A stretch of DNA of 64,000 bases from contig OZ242208.1 in the NCBI GenBank assembly GCA_965206325.1, positions 186,603-250,602 of the forward strand, given 5' to 3'. This document shows, in pieces, positions 29,536 to 39,933 of this stretch. The position numbers and the translations under genes were made by a program. Below the pieces are notes generated by a model. It saw only the letters and a program-made list of their open reading frames with translations, ran no database searches and was not told the DNA's origin. Position 1 is the first letter of the stretch. Every line of letters starts with the position of its first letter. Source of the stretch: Gammaproteobacteria bacterium (GTDB taxonomy: Bacteria; Pseudomonadota; Gammaproteobacteria; Tethybacterales; G965206325).

Positions 29536-31170
29536 ATGCATCAACCGAAGCCGATTTCTCGGAAATACGATTATCTCGTTCGAAATGTCACGGACGGGAT
29601 TTATCAAATTCCGAAATTCCAGCGAAATTTCGTCTGGAATAAGGAGCAATCTGCTCGGTTGATAGACAGCCTGCTCAAAGGATTCCCGATTGGTTCTTTC
29701 ATCCTTTGGAAGACCAAAGAGCGAATGCGAGCGCAAAAATGCTTCGGCGACATGGATATCCAGATGCCGGAGGATTCCGAGTATGTCCATTATGTGCTCG
29801 ATGGTCAGCAGCGAATCACTTCGCTGTTTCTTGCTATGAAGGGCATCACTTTTGGCAATCACAGTTACGAAGAGATTTATGTCGACCTTGACAAAAATCT
29901 CGATGGGGACGATAATGTGTGCGTTCTCAGAAAGCCGAAAAACGGGATCACGGTCAAGAAATTGACCGAGGGGGACTTTCTTGCCATCTCCGATGAGATG
30001 GGGCGGGAATTCGCCCAAAAGGCATATGCCTTTGAAAAGGCGATTTCCGGCTACGAGTTCTCAACTATTGAAATTGAGGAGCGACAGATTGACAAAGTCG
30101 CCGAGATGTTTACGCGCATTAATACTGGCGGGACAGAGCTAACCTTATTTGCAATCGCTAACGCCCGCTTCTATCAAGAGCAACAAAACGCAGGCGGCGA
30201 AATCGTGCGGAAAGGGTTTGACCTTGAAAATGAAGTCAAATGCCTTGCGGAAGATCTCGAAGAAAGTGGCTATGAAACCATAGCCGAGGAAAAAACCTTG
30301 CTTCTTCAATTAATGGGTGGCATCGTAAAAGCCGATGTCAAACAGAAGTCCATTTTGTCTATTGACAAGAGCGATTTCATTTCTTCATGGGGAGAAGCGA
30401 CAGAGTGTCTTAAATTGGCAATAGACAAGGTGCGGGATTATCTTCGGGTGCCCGTGTCAAAATTATTGCCTTATCCTGCCCTGCTCGTCCCGATTGCCTA
30501 CTTATACTATAAGTTGGGCAAGAGACAGCCGAGTGCCGATCAGATGAAACATGTCAGCAAATACTTCTTCCGTGCAGTATTCACAGGACGCTACTCGTCT
30601 ACGGTGGAGACCATGCTTAATCAAGACCTCAAGTTAATGGCAAAAATTGAGGCCAATGAAGCAATCGACTTTGATGCCCAGGACGGAGGTATTCATTTGG
30701 TCAGCAAGAGTGAGGACTACTATGAGGAACAATTGCTGGAGGGATTTCGAACCAGCAACGCTTTCAATAAGGGAGTCCTGTGCATCCTCGCTCAACAGCA
30801 ACCGAAAAAATTGGACGATGGGATCTCTAATGTCCGTCTGGATAACTCCTGGTTGCATATTGCTTCGAGCAGGAATTATCATCATTTTTTCCCCAAGGGT
30901 TATCTTAAGGGAAAAGAGAAAGAGGATAAAGCTAATGTCCTCGCCAACATCGTCTTTGTTGACGATTATCTCAACAAGAGAAAAATTCGCAGTAAGGCGC
31001 CCTCAATATACATTGAGGAATTTCGACAGGGTAATTCTCAACTCAGGGAAACCTTGAATACGCATTTCATCGATCTGGATAAGGATGGAATCCAAGACGA
31101 TGACTATGACCGATTCCTGAAGAATCGGTCACGCCGTTTGGCGGGTGAGATTCTGAAGAGAATTTTGTAA
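29536..31170 (+). CDS. DUF262 plus C-terminal HNH (DUF1524-like) protein, GmrSD family
   Basis: IPKFQRNFVW, LDGQQR, F.RINTGG; C-terminal HHFFPK...ANIVF...N; atypical codon usage. Confidence 0.85.
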   Translation: MHQPKPISRKYDYLVRNVTDGIYQIPKFQRNFVWNKEQSARLIDSLLKGFPIGSFILWKTKERMRAQKCFGDMDIQMPEDSEYVHYVLDGQQRITSLFLAMKGITFGNHSYEEIYVDLDKNLDGDDNVCVLRKPKNGITVKKLTEGDFLAISDEMGREFAQKAYAFEKAISGYEFSTIEIEERQIDKVAEMFTRINTGGTELTLFAIANARFYQEQQNAGGEIVRKGFDLENEVKCLAEDLEESGYETIAEEKTLLLQLMGGIVKADVKQKSILSIDKSDFISSWGEATECLKLAIDKVRDYLRVPVSKLLPYPALLVPIAYLYYKLGKRQPSADQMKHVSKYFFRAVFTGRYSSTVETMLNQDLKLMAKIEANEAIDFDAQDGGIHLVSKSEDYYEEQLLEGFRTSNAFNKGVLCILAQQQPKKLDDGISNVRLDNSWLHIASSRNYHHFFPKGYLKGKEKEDKANVLANIVFVDDYLNKRKIRSKAPSIYIEEFRQGNSQLRETLNTHFIDLDKDGIQDDDYDRFLKNRSRRLAGEILKRIL

Positions 31171-31242
31171 TCATTTCAGTGCTCTTGGCGCAAATGTGCG
31201 CGGTCGCTACTGCGCATTGGTCGGAATCAAATCCGCCGCCGA

Positions 31243-32025
31243 TTAAAAATGATAGACGATGGCGGCGGAGTAAAAATCGGCGGAGGCGCTGAAGAATCTG
31301 CCGTCGAATTCAAATCGCTCCCATTCGGCGCGGACGCCGATACTATTAAAGCGATATTCCATCCCGAATCCGTAGGCAATTTCCACGCCGTCTTCGTCAA
31401 AGTCATCCGTCAGCGGCAATGGCGTCGGACAATCGACTGCCCCCCTCTCCAGATCGCCCGAAATTATCACCGACGGTCTCAGCCGGCATTCTCCTGCACG
31501 GCGGACATTTCCGCTGACATCAATTTCGTAGGCGTGCGCGCCTAATTTTCCGAAGACCGAAAATCGCTCGGTGAACGGATAGCGCGCCAAGGCGAAGGCG
31601 AAAAAACTGCCGCTGTGATCGTAGGTTAAATTGCTTTGGTATTCGTCACGGGAGCAGCGCTGGGCGATATTGCCGTTGCTGTCGAGAAAAGGTCGAGTGC
31701 ATTCGGATCGCCGAATAAAATTCAGCTTCGTGCCGACTTGCCCCAATTGCGCGAAGCCGCCCTCCAAGGCGAAAAAGCCGCCGAAAGAATAGCCGCCGAA
31801 AATTTTCCAGCCGAGGTTTCTCTCGTCGCAGTCGCTGTCTTCGAATTTCGTGCGGGTCGGCGCCGCCGGACCGAAAATGTAAACCGGCCCATCGCACAAT
31901 TCGCCGCGGTTGGAAAACTTGGACGCGCCCAGCGAGGTGCCGGCGTAAAAGCCCGAATCCTCCGCCGCCTGCGCGCCCGCGCAAAAAGCGATGAGGATAA
32001 AAATCGCAATTGGTTTTTTCATCAT
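31243..32025 (-). CDS. 8-stranded OmpA-like outer membrane beta-barrel with long Cys-paired loops
   Basis: Signal peptide, GFYAG.SLG.S, KIFGGY.F, ALEGGF, VFGKLG, YGFGMEYRF, VRAEWER, terminal YHF. Confidence 0.85.
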   Translation of the reverse strand: MMKKPIAIFILIAFCAGAQAAEDSGFYAGTSLGASKFSNRGELCDGPVYIFGPAAPTRTKFEDSDCDERNLGWKIFGGYSFGGFFALEGGFAQLGQVGTKLNFIRRSECTRPFLDSNGNIAQRCSRDEYQSNLTYDHSGSFFAFALARYPFTERFSVFGKLGAHAYEIDVSGNVRRAGECRLRPSVIISGDLERGAVDCPTPLPLTDDFDEDGVEIAYGFGMEYRFNSIGVRAEWERFEFDGRFFSASADFYSAAIVYHF

Positions 32026-32096
32026 TGAATTTTCTCCATCGGCGGATTCTACCGCAAACGCTTTTCGCGTGTAAAATTAGCGCGATTTTTTCGGCG

Positions 32097-33764
32097 ATGG
32101 AAAAGCAGAAAAAGCATTTTGATTTTATTGTCGTCGGCGCCGGATCGGCGGGATGCGTCGTTGCGTCGCGCCTTGCCGAGGATTCGGGCCGGCGCATTTT
32201 GCTCGCCGAAGCCGGGCCGCGCGACGATACTTGGAAAATTCAAATGCCCGCCGCCCTCATCTACAATTTGTGCGACGACAAATACAATTGGTTTTATCAC
32301 ACCGTCGCGCAGCCGCAGATGAATGGCCGGCGCATTTATTGCCCGCGCGGACGCGTTTGGGGGGGGTCGTCGTCGCTGAATGCAATGGCGTGGGTGCGCG
32401 GCCACGCCGCCGATTTTAATCGCTGGCAAAGCGAAGGCGCGGACGGCTGGGATTATCGCCATTGTCTTCCCTACTTTAAGAAGTCGGAAAATTTTTCCGA
32501 AGGCGGCGACGATTATCGCGGCGATTCCGGTCCATTAAAAGTGACGGCGGGAATGCGCGGCAAAAAAATAAATCCCCTTTTTTCCGCTTTTGTGGAAGCG
32601 GGAATTGAAGTCGGCTATCCGCGCACGATGGATCCCAACGGCTATCAGCAGGAAGGATTCGGCAGAATGGATATGAGCATCAGCGGCGGAATGCGGCAAA
32701 ATGCGGCGGCGGCTTATTTGCGTCCGGCATTAAAAAATCCAAACTTAATTGCGCGGACAAAATTGCAGGCGGCGCGAATCATCATTGAAAAAAGCCGCGC
32801 CGTCGGGGTGGAATTCATCGCCGAAAAAAATTCGGAGAAAATTTACGCCGATGAAATTATTCTGTGCACGGGCGCGATTAATTCGCCGCAGTTATTAATG
32901 CTTTCCGGCGTCGGATGCGCCGACGAATTGCGCCGCCATCAAATTGAAGTCAACTGCAATCTGCCCGGCGTCGGGGCGAATTTGCAGGATCATTTGGATT
33001 TGTATATTCAGCGCGAATGCAAAAAGCCGGTGACGCTTTATCGCGCGACGCAATTTCACGCGATGGCTCTCGCCGGTCTGCGATGGTTTTTAACAAAAGA
33101 AGGAGATTGCGCGTCGGCGCATTTGGAGGCGGGAGCGTTTATTCGCAGCCGGGAAGGAATCGCGCATCCGGATGTGCAGTATCATTTTTTGCCGTCGGTT
33201 GTTAACGACCACGGGCGCGAATTGTATCCCGGTCATGCCTATCAGGCGCATGTCAGCACGATGCGTCCGGCAAGCCGCGGACGACTGCAACTGCAAAACA
33301 GCGACCCTTTGTCGCATCCTTTAATTGATCCTAATTATTTGGCGGAGGAAAATGATTGCATCGACTTAAGAAAGGCGGTGCATCTCACCCGCGAAATTTT
33401 TGCGGCAAAATCCTTTGATGAATTTCGCGGCCGCGAAATTTCGCCGGGAGAACACATTAAAAGCGATTCGGCAATTGACGAATGGATTCGCGCCAAAGGC
33501 GACACCGCCTATCATCCCTGCTGCACCTGCAAAATGGGAGGCGACGGCGACCCAATGACGGTTGTAAATTCCGAAGGAAAAGTGCGGGGAATTGACGGAT
33601 TAAGAATCGCCGATGCATCAGTAATGCCGAGCATGAGCAGCGGCAACTTAAACGCTCCGACCATTATGCTTGCCGAAAAACTTGCCGATGCAATTCGCGG
33701 ACGGCCGTCTTTGCCGCCGATGGACGCGCCGGTTTATCAACCCGATAATTCCCGCCAGCGCTGA
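32097..33764 (+). CDS. betA: Choline dehydrogenase (GMC oxidoreductase)
   Basis: DFIVVGAGSAGCV.A.RL, PRGRVWGGSSSLNAM, AYHPCCTCKMG, GNLNAPTIM.AEK. Confidence 0.9.
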   Translation: MEKQKKHFDFIVVGAGSAGCVVASRLAEDSGRRILLAEAGPRDDTWKIQMPAALIYNLCDDKYNWFYHTVAQPQMNGRRIYCPRGRVWGGSSSLNAMAWVRGHAADFNRWQSEGADGWDYRHCLPYFKKSENFSEGGDDYRGDSGPLKVTAGMRGKKINPLFSAFVEAGIEVGYPRTMDPNGYQQEGFGRMDMSISGGMRQNAAAAYLRPALKNPNLIARTKLQAARIIIEKSRAVGVEFIAEKNSEKIYADEIILCTGAINSPQLLMLSGVGCADELRRHQIEVNCNLPGVGANLQDHLDLYIQRECKKPVTLYRATQFHAMALAGLRWFLTKEGDCASAHLEAGAFIRSREGIAHPDVQYHFLPSVVNDHGRELYPGHAYQAHVSTMRPASRGRLQLQNSDPLSHPLIDPNYLAEENDCIDLRKAVHLTREIFAAKSFDEFRGREISPGEHIKSDSAIDEWIRAKGDTAYHPCCTCKMGGDGDPMTVVNSEGKVRGIDGLRIADASVMPSMSSGNLNAPTIMLAEKLADAIRGRPSLPPMDAPVYQPDNSRQR

Positions 33765-33775
33765 CGCAAAGTTAA

Positions 33776-33807
33776 AAAAATCCCCCGACCAAAGCCGGGG
33801 GATTTTT
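33776..33807. terminator. Bidirectional rho-independent terminator between betA and hsp20
   Basis: AAAAATCCCCCG ... CGGGGGATTTTT between convergent genes. Confidence 0.85.
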
Positions 33808-33830
33808 GCCGTGTCGTCGTCCGCCGATTC

Positions 33831-34247
33831 TCAGGAGATGGCGATGCTTTTGCGCGCCGCCGTTTCCTGTTTGGGCAGGTTGAGAGTCAGCACGCCGTCT
33901 TTTAACTCGGCGGTGATTTTATCTTCGGCGATGTCGCGCGACAAATGAAAGCCGCGGGCGAAGTTGCCGTCGACGCGTTCGGCGCGAAGAATTTTCGCGC
34001 TTTTTTCTTCGCGCTGGCGGCTGAATTTCGCTCCGATGCTGAGCACGCGGTCTTCCAAGTTGAGGGTGATGTCGTCCTTGCCGACGCCCGGCAATTCCGC
34101 GCGAATGCGGTAGGCGTCGTCGGATTCTTCAATGTTGGCGCGAAACGGCGCGTCGCCGAAAGACGACGGCGCAAAATCGCGACCGGCATCGCCGAGAAAT
34201 TGCCGGACAATTGAGTCCAGCGGACGATAAATACTGATGCTTGTCAT
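33831..34247 (-). CDS. Hsp20 small heat shock protein
   Basis: NIEE.DDAY.I.AELPGV.K.DI, ER..G.F.R.F.L, A.LKDGVLTL.LPK. Confidence 0.95.
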   Translation of the reverse strand: MTSISIYRPLDSIVRQFLGDAGRDFAPSSFGDAPFRANIEESDDAYRIRAELPGVGKDDITLNLEDRVLSIGAKFSRQREEKSAKILRAERVDGNFARGFHLSRDIAEDKITAELKDGVLTLNLPKQETAARKSIAIS

Positions 34248-34319
34248 AATGTTGTTCTCCATTGTTGTGAAAGTATTACCTTATATAAGTCCGCCGAATT
34301 TTTTTTCAAGGGGGAAAAG

Positions 34320-34901
34320 TCAAGGAAGCGAAATTCCTTCCGCGCGCAGCAAATCGCACAGCGCAATGAGCGGCAGGCCGATAAGAGCGGTGGGGTCGCC
34401 GCCTTGAATTTCGCGGATGAGAGAAATGCCGAGCCCTTCCAATTGCGCCCCGCCGGCGCAATTGAGCGACGGTTCGCATTTGACATAACGGCGAATTTCG
34501 GCGTCGTCGGCGAGGCGCATCGTCACGCGATGAGTGATAAGGCGATTCCGCCGCCGCGATTTCTGCGGATTGGAAACGCAAATCGCCGTGTAAAAGTTGA
34601 GGTCGCGCCCGCGCATTTTCAGCAGTTGGGCGACGGCGTTTTCGGGGGTGTGCGGTTTGCCGTAGATTGCGCCGCCGATGTCGGCGATGGTCTGGTCGCC
34701 GCCGATAATCAGCGCGTCGGCGAATTGGGATTCCAAGGAGCGCGCTTTTTTTTCGGCGAGGCGCATCGCGCGCGCGTCGGGGGATTCGTTGTCAAGGGGC
34801 GATTCGTCGGCGTCGGGCGCGGCGGCTTCAAAGGGAATTCGCAGCCGCGCCATCAGCGTCCGCCGATGCGGCGAAGTGGACGCAAGAATAATCCTCTGCA
34901 T
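34320..34901 (-). CDS. maf: Maf family nucleoside triphosphate pyrophosphatase
   Basis: IILASTSP.R, DE, LAEKKA, IIGGDQ, GKP, GLPL. Confidence 0.93.
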   Translation of the reverse strand: MQRIILASTSPHRRTLMARLRIPFEAAAPDADESPLDNESPDARAMRLAEKKARSLESQFADALIIGGDQTIADIGGAIYGKPHTPENAVAQLLKMRGRDLNFYTAICVSNPQKSRRRNRLITHRVTMRLADDAEIRRYVKCEPSLNCAGGAQLEGLGISLIREIQGGDPTALIGLPLIALCDLLRAEGISLP

Positions 34902-35018
34902 AACGCTCTAATTTTAGCAATTAAAATCCCCACCCCGATGCGGGGCGACTCTGCGACAATGGATTCGCCGCGTTTTGTTAACATATTTTTTTCGCTGCTG
35001 CGCGCGCTATAATTAAAA

Positions 35019-37052
35019 ATGATGCTGAAAAATCCCTTTCAATTGAATCGCTTGTTTCCGCCCGCCGGCGACCAGCCGCAAGCAATCAGCAATCTCGTCG
35101 CTGGAGTCAACCAAGGAATGCGCAGCCAGACGCTGCTGGGCGTTACCGGCTCCGGCAAAACTTATACGATGGCCAGCGTCATCGATCGGCTGGGCCGTCC
35201 GGCGATTGTGCTGGCGCACAACAAAACATTGGCGGCGCAATTATACGCCGAGTTTCGCGAATTTTTTCCGGGGGGGGCGGTGGAATATTTTGTTTCGTAT
35301 TACGACTACTATCAGCCGGAGGCGTATGTTCCGTCGCGCGATCTTTACATTGAAAAGGACGCCAGCATCAACGAGCATATTGAGCAGATGCGGCTTTCCG
35401 CGACCAAGTCGCTGATTGAGCGGCGCGACTGCGTAATTGTGGCGACAGTGTCGGCCATCTACGGCATCGGCAATCCGCGCGATTACCACGATATGATTCT
35501 GCATTTGCGCGTCGGCGAAAAAATCGGGCGCCGGCATATTCTGCAAAGGTTGGCGGCGATGCTTTACAAGCGCGATAAAATGGATTTTCGGCGCGGCAAT
35601 TTTCGCGCGCACGGCGATATTGTGGATGTCTTTCCCGCCGAGCATTCCGAATTGGCTCTGCGTATTTCTTTGGAGGATGATTCGGTGGGGGAACTTTATT
35701 TGTTTGATCCTCTCACCGGCGCGCGCCGCCGCCGCTTGGAAAGATACACTGTGTATCCGTCGTCGCATTATGTCACGCCGCGAAAAACCCTATTGCGCGC
35801 AATTGTCGCCATCAAAAAAGAATTGGCGTCGCGCCTTAATGAATTGGAAAAGGAAAAGAAAATCGTCGAAGCGCAGCGTCTGGAACAGCGCACTAAATTT
35901 GATTTGGAAATGATGGAAGAGATGGGATTCTGCAAAGGCATAGAAAACTATTCGCGGCATTTGTCCGGCCGCAAGCCGGGGGAGCCCCCCCCCACCTTGC
36001 TGGAATATCTTCCTCAAGACGCTCTGATGATAATTGATGAAAGCCATGCCACTGTTCCGCAGTTGGGGGGGATGTTTCGCGGCGATCGTTCGCGCAAGGA
36101 AAATCTGGTGACCTATGGATTCCGCCTGCCGTCGGCTTTGGACAATCGCCCCCTTAAGTTTGAGGAATTTGAAAAGATGATGCCGCAGGCGTTTTTTGTG
36201 TCGGCGACTCCCGCCGAATACGAGCGCAAAGCCGGCGCGCAAATTGTTGAGCAATTAGTCCGTCCGACCGGCCTTGTAGATCCGCAAATTTTAATTCGTC
36301 CGGCGGAATCCCAAGTTGATGATTTGCTCGCCGTCGCCCGCGAAAAAGCCGCTCTTGGCGAGAGGGTTTTAGCGACGACTTTAACCAAAAGAATGGCCGA
36401 GCAATTATCCGAATTCCTCGCCGAACACGGAGTTAAGGTGCGCTATTTGCATTCCGACATTGACACAATTGAGCGCGTGGAAATCATTCGCGATTTGCGG
36501 CTGGGAAAATTTGATGTCTTAGTCGGCATTAATCTTTTGCGCGAAGGTTTGGATTTGCCGGAAGTTTCCACCGTCGCTATTTTGGATGCGGACAAGGAGG
36601 GCTTTTTGCGCTCGGCGCAGTCGCTCATTCAAACGATGGGACGCGCCGCCCGGCATATTAATGGCCTTGCGATTCTTTACGCCGATTCCCAAACAAACGC
36701 AATACGAATCGCCATTGCGGAAACGGATCGCCGCCGCGCCCGCCAATTGGAATTCAATCGCGCAAACGGAATTACGCCCCACGGCATTACCAAGCGTGTA
36801 AAGGATTTAATAGACGGCGTTTATTCCGACGACGAAAGGGGGGGGGGGGGGGGCAAAGGCCGTCGGCGGCGGCGCAAAGATTACCGCCGAATGGACGAAA
36901 AATCGCTGGGGCGCGAAATACATCGCTTGGACAAGCAAATGCGCGCATTCGCCCGCGATTTGGAATTTGAACGCGCCGCCGAAATGCGCGATCAAATTCG
37001 CATCATTCGCCGTCAAACTTTGGGAGTGGACAATGAAGGCGAATCGATTTGA
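35019..37052 (+). CDS. uvrB: Excinuclease ABC subunit B
   Basis: [36 protein letters not shown] domain. Confidence 0.98.
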   Translation: MMLKNPFQLNRLFPPAGDQPQAISNLVAGVNQGMRSQTLLGVTGSGKTYTMASVIDRLGRPAIVLAHNKTLAAQLYAEFREFFPGGAVEYFVSYYDYYQPEAYVPSRDLYIEKDASINEHIEQMRLSATKSLIERRDCVIVATVSAIYGIGNPRDYHDMILHLRVGEKIGRRHILQRLAAMLYKRDKMDFRRGNFRAHGDIVDVFPAEHSELALRISLEDDSVGELYLFDPLTGARRRRLERYTVYPSSHYVTPRKTLLRAIVAIKKELASRLNELEKEKKIVEAQRLEQRTKFDLEMMEEMGFCKGIENYSRHLSGRKPGEPPPTLLEYLPQDALMIIDESHATVPQLGGMFRGDRSRKENLVTYGFRLPSALDNRPLKFEEFEKMMPQAFFVSATPAEYERKAGAQIVEQLVRPTGLVDPQILIRPAESQVDDLLAVAREKAALGERVLATTLTKRMAEQLSEFLAEHGVKVRYLHSDIDTIERVEIIRDLRLGKFDVLVGINLLREGLDLPEVSTVAILDADKEGFLRSAQSLIQTMGRAARHINGLAILYADSQTNAIRIAIAETDRRRARQLEFNRANGITPHGITKRVKDLIDGVYSDDERGGGGGKGRRRRRKDYRRMDEKSLGREIHRLDKQMRAFARDLEFERAAEMRDQIRIIRRQTLGVDNEGESI

Positions 37053-37749
37053 AGATTCCGCCCGCGCCGCCGAATATGATTCGGCGGTTGTCGGCGTCAT
37101 TCCCGGCTATCATTCTTTGCATCAGTCCGCCGCCGCCATTTTGCGCGAGCGACTCGGCCCGCGCGCGCATGTCTTAATTGCCGGGGCGGGGGGCGGGCAT
37201 GAATCCGCGCTTTTCGCTTTGCAAAATTCGCGCTGGAAAATCAGCGGATTTGATCCCGCCGCCGCGATGATTTTTCATGCCCATGCGCGAATCAAAAAGC
37301 ATAAATTGGAATCGCGCGTGAAATTATTCGCGGGCGATATTGGCGCGATTAAATCGCCGCCGCAATTTGACGCGGCGACTTCTCTTTTGGTGATGCATTT
37401 TCTTCCCGACGACGGCGCGAAGGAAAATTATCTGCGCGCAATTGCCAAGCGATTAAAGCCGAATGCACCGCTGATTCTGGCCGATGTCGAATTCGCCGAA
37501 GGGGGAATTCGCTCAAAGCAATTTCGTTTGCGGCTTGCAGAATGGAAGCGATTCCAAATTAATATGCGCGGTGACCCGGCTGCGGTTGAAAAGGATTTCG
37601 CCCATGTTTTGCGGGATGTTCATTTTTTAACCCCGCCGCGAATTGCGGAATTATTTCGCGCCGCCGGATTTCGCCGTCCGCGCCGATTTTTCCAAGCATT
37701 GGTTATCGGCGGCTGGATTGCGGAAAAAAATAATCGCGGGTCGAGGTAA
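37033..37749 (+). CDS. Class I SAM-dependent methyltransferase
   Basis: [14 protein letters not shown]...[19 protein letters not shown]. Confidence 0.85.
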   Translation: MKANRFEDSARAAEYDSAVVGVIPGYHSLHQSAAAILRERLGPRAHVLIAGAGGGHESALFALQNSRWKISGFDPAAAMIFHAHARIKKHKLESRVKLFAGDIGAIKSPPQFDAATSLLVMHFLPDDGAKENYLRAIAKRLKPNAPLILADVEFAEGGIRSKQFRLRLAEWKRFQINMRGDPAAVEKDFAHVLRDVHFLTPPRIAELFRAAGFRRPRRFFQALVIGGWIAEKNNRGSR

Positions 37750-37815
37750 AAGCAACGCATCCCGCTGATTAAAAATTGAAAGGCGGGGGCGGATTCGGTT
37801 AATATCGCTTTGTTT

Positions 37816-39861
37816 ATGTCCGCTGATTTTTTGCGCCGCGAATGGCCGCTGCCGCTTGCTCTTGCCGCCGTGCTGTTTGCGGTCTATCTGCAGACGATGC
37901 CGCCGGGCGCCGCCTTTGAAGATTCCGCGCTTTTTGCCGGCGTCTGCTATTTGGGCGGAATCGCGCATCCGCCCGGCTATCCGCTGCATACAATTCTGTG
38001 CTGGCCGTTTGCGCATTTGGCCGATTTTCTGCCGATAAGCCCCGCCAAGGGCGCGGCGATTTTCAGCGCGATTTGCGCCGCTTTCGCCGCTGCGATTTTT
38101 TTCGCCCTCGCCCGACGATTAACCGGATGCGCCGCCGCCGCTTTCGCCGCCGCCGCCGCTTGGGGATTCGGCGCGCAATTCTGGTCGCAGGCGATTATTC
38201 CGGAAGTGTATTCGCTCAACGCCCTCTTGGTTTTTGCGACGATTTTCGCCCTGACTTCCCGGCTCGGCAATTCGCGGGCGATTTTCGCCGCCGCTTTTTT
38301 AGCCGGCCTCGGCGTTGCGAATCATTGGCCGCTTTATCTGCTGAATGTCCCGGCATTTTTGCTTTTCATTCCGCGAGAGCGATTCGCCCTGCTGCGGAAT
38401 CCTAAAATTTTCGCCGCCGCCGCGGGCTTGTTTTTGCTGGGGACGGCTCCGTATTTGTATCTTTATTGGCGCGACCCGCCTTTTTCGCTGATGGGCGAAG
38501 TGGAAAATTGGCGGCGATTCCTGTGGTATGTCAGCCGAGAAGCATATACCGACCGAATTGTCGTCGCCGATTGGACCGATAAATTCGCCGTCGCCTCCTA
38601 CGCCGCCCGCCTGCTTTTTTGGGAGCATGCAATTGTCGGAGCGATTCTGTCCGCCGTCGGCGCGATAATTTGGCGGCGGCGCGACCTCCGAATTTTCACC
38701 GCGATTCTGTGGGGGACTTTGGCGACTTCCGTCGTCCTCGCCTTCATTTTGAAAATTCCCAATGAGCCGCTGTCGCGCGCGATTTTTTCGGTTTATCCGC
38801 TGCCGGCGATGGGATTCTTAATGCTTTTCGCCGCCGCCGCCCTGCGCGAAATTTTTCGCCGCCTGCAAATGCCGACGCGAATCATCGCCGCCGCCGGATT
38901 CGCTTTTGTCGTTGCGTTTGCAAATTATTCGCAAAACGACCGCAGCGGCGACGATTTGGCCGAAAAATACGCCCGCGCGGTTTTGGATTTAACGCCCGAT
39001 AATTCGCGCTTGGCGGTCGGCGGCGATTGGGTATTCGTCTTTCAATATCTGCAGAATGTTTTGCATTACCGCCCGCAAGTTTCGCTGATTTCAGAGGGGG
39101 ACGCATTCGGCGACGACCCCGAATCGGCGGCGGAAAAAGTCCGAAATGAAGGCCGTCTTTTTCTGGTGCAAATCGGCGGAGTGCCGCCTAATTTCGGCCG
39201 CCGCTCGTTGGGAATCGTTGAAGAGATGCTTCCCGGCTTTCCGCAGAATCATTGGCGAATTGAAATTCCACCTCGCGCTTTGGAATTCGCCCGCGATATG
39301 GCCATAAGGCGGAATTTGGAAAATAACGGCTGGAATCGCTTTTTTGTCCGCACCGAAATTTTTCGGTGGGCGGGCGATTTGGCGTATTTTTCGCATCATC
39401 AAGCGGATTCTTTCACGCCCGAATTCGCCGCTTTGCGCGCTTTAATTCAGGCGACTCCGGAAGGGCGGCTGGGCGAATTTATCGCGCGGGCGACGGGTCA
39501 GGGCGCGCCCTACAATCGCTCCGAATTGCTGCGGACGGCGGCGGAAATGGAATCGCTGATGGCGGAATCGCCCGATGAATTTCCCGACGAATGGCGCGCG
39601 CAAGTGTCGCATTTGGCGGCGACCGCCCTTTTCGCAGGCGGCGATGAAGAATCCGCCCTGCAGGAATTTCGGCGGGCGGTGGAATTTTATCCGTCGGCGG
39701 ATAATTTCGCCGCGGTTGATTTGCTGCAATTGCTGGCGACTCGCGGCGAATGGGAGGAATACCGCCGACTTCGCCGACGCATTAAAAATCTGGATGCACC
39801 GCGCGCCTTAAATTCCTACGACGCCCAATGCGCCCGCCATTTCAGCAAGCCCTGCGAATGA
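37816..39861 (+). CDS. DUF2723 / TMEM260-like membrane glycosyltransferase with helical C-terminus
   Basis: GIAHPPGYPL.T, FWSQA.I.EVYSLN, G.G.ANHW, multiple TM helices. Confidence 0.8.
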   Translation: MSADFLRREWPLPLALAAVLFAVYLQTMPPGAAFEDSALFAGVCYLGGIAHPPGYPLHTILCWPFAHLADFLPISPAKGAAIFSAICAAFAAAIFFALARRLTGCAAAAFAAAAAWGFGAQFWSQAIIPEVYSLNALLVFATIFALTSRLGNSRAIFAAAFLAGLGVANHWPLYLLNVPAFLLFIPRERFALLRNPKIFAAAAGLFLLGTAPYLYLYWRDPPFSLMGEVENWRRFLWYVSREAYTDRIVVADWTDKFAVASYAARLLFWEHAIVGAILSAVGAIIWRRRDLRIFTAILWGTLATSVVLAFILKIPNEPLSRAIFSVYPLPAMGFLMLFAAAALREIFRRLQMPTRIIAAAGFAFVVAFANYSQNDRSGDDLAEKYARAVLDLTPDNSRLAVGGDWVFVFQYLQNVLHYRPQVSLISEGDAFGDDPESAAEKVRNEGRLFLVQIGGVPPNFGRRSLGIVEEMLPGFPQNHWRIEIPPRALEFARDMAIRRNLENNGWNRFFVRTEIFRWAGDLAYFSHHQADSFTPEFAALRALIQATPEGRLGEFIARATGQGAPYNRSELLRTAAEMESLMAESPDEFPDEWRAQVSHLAATALFAGGDEESALQEFRRAVEFYPSADNFAAVDLLQLLATRGEWEEYRRLRRRIKNLDAPRALNSYDAQCARHFSKPCE

Positions 39862-39933
39862 AAACCATTAGAGCGAATATTTATTTTTTAATGGCGATAT
39901 AATTACAGGCAGAATTTCCACAAGGAGATAAAA

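Noticed and set aside
29530-30018. 162-aa antisense ORF over the DUF262 gene
   Set aside because: No motifs; the sense gene is clearly the real one
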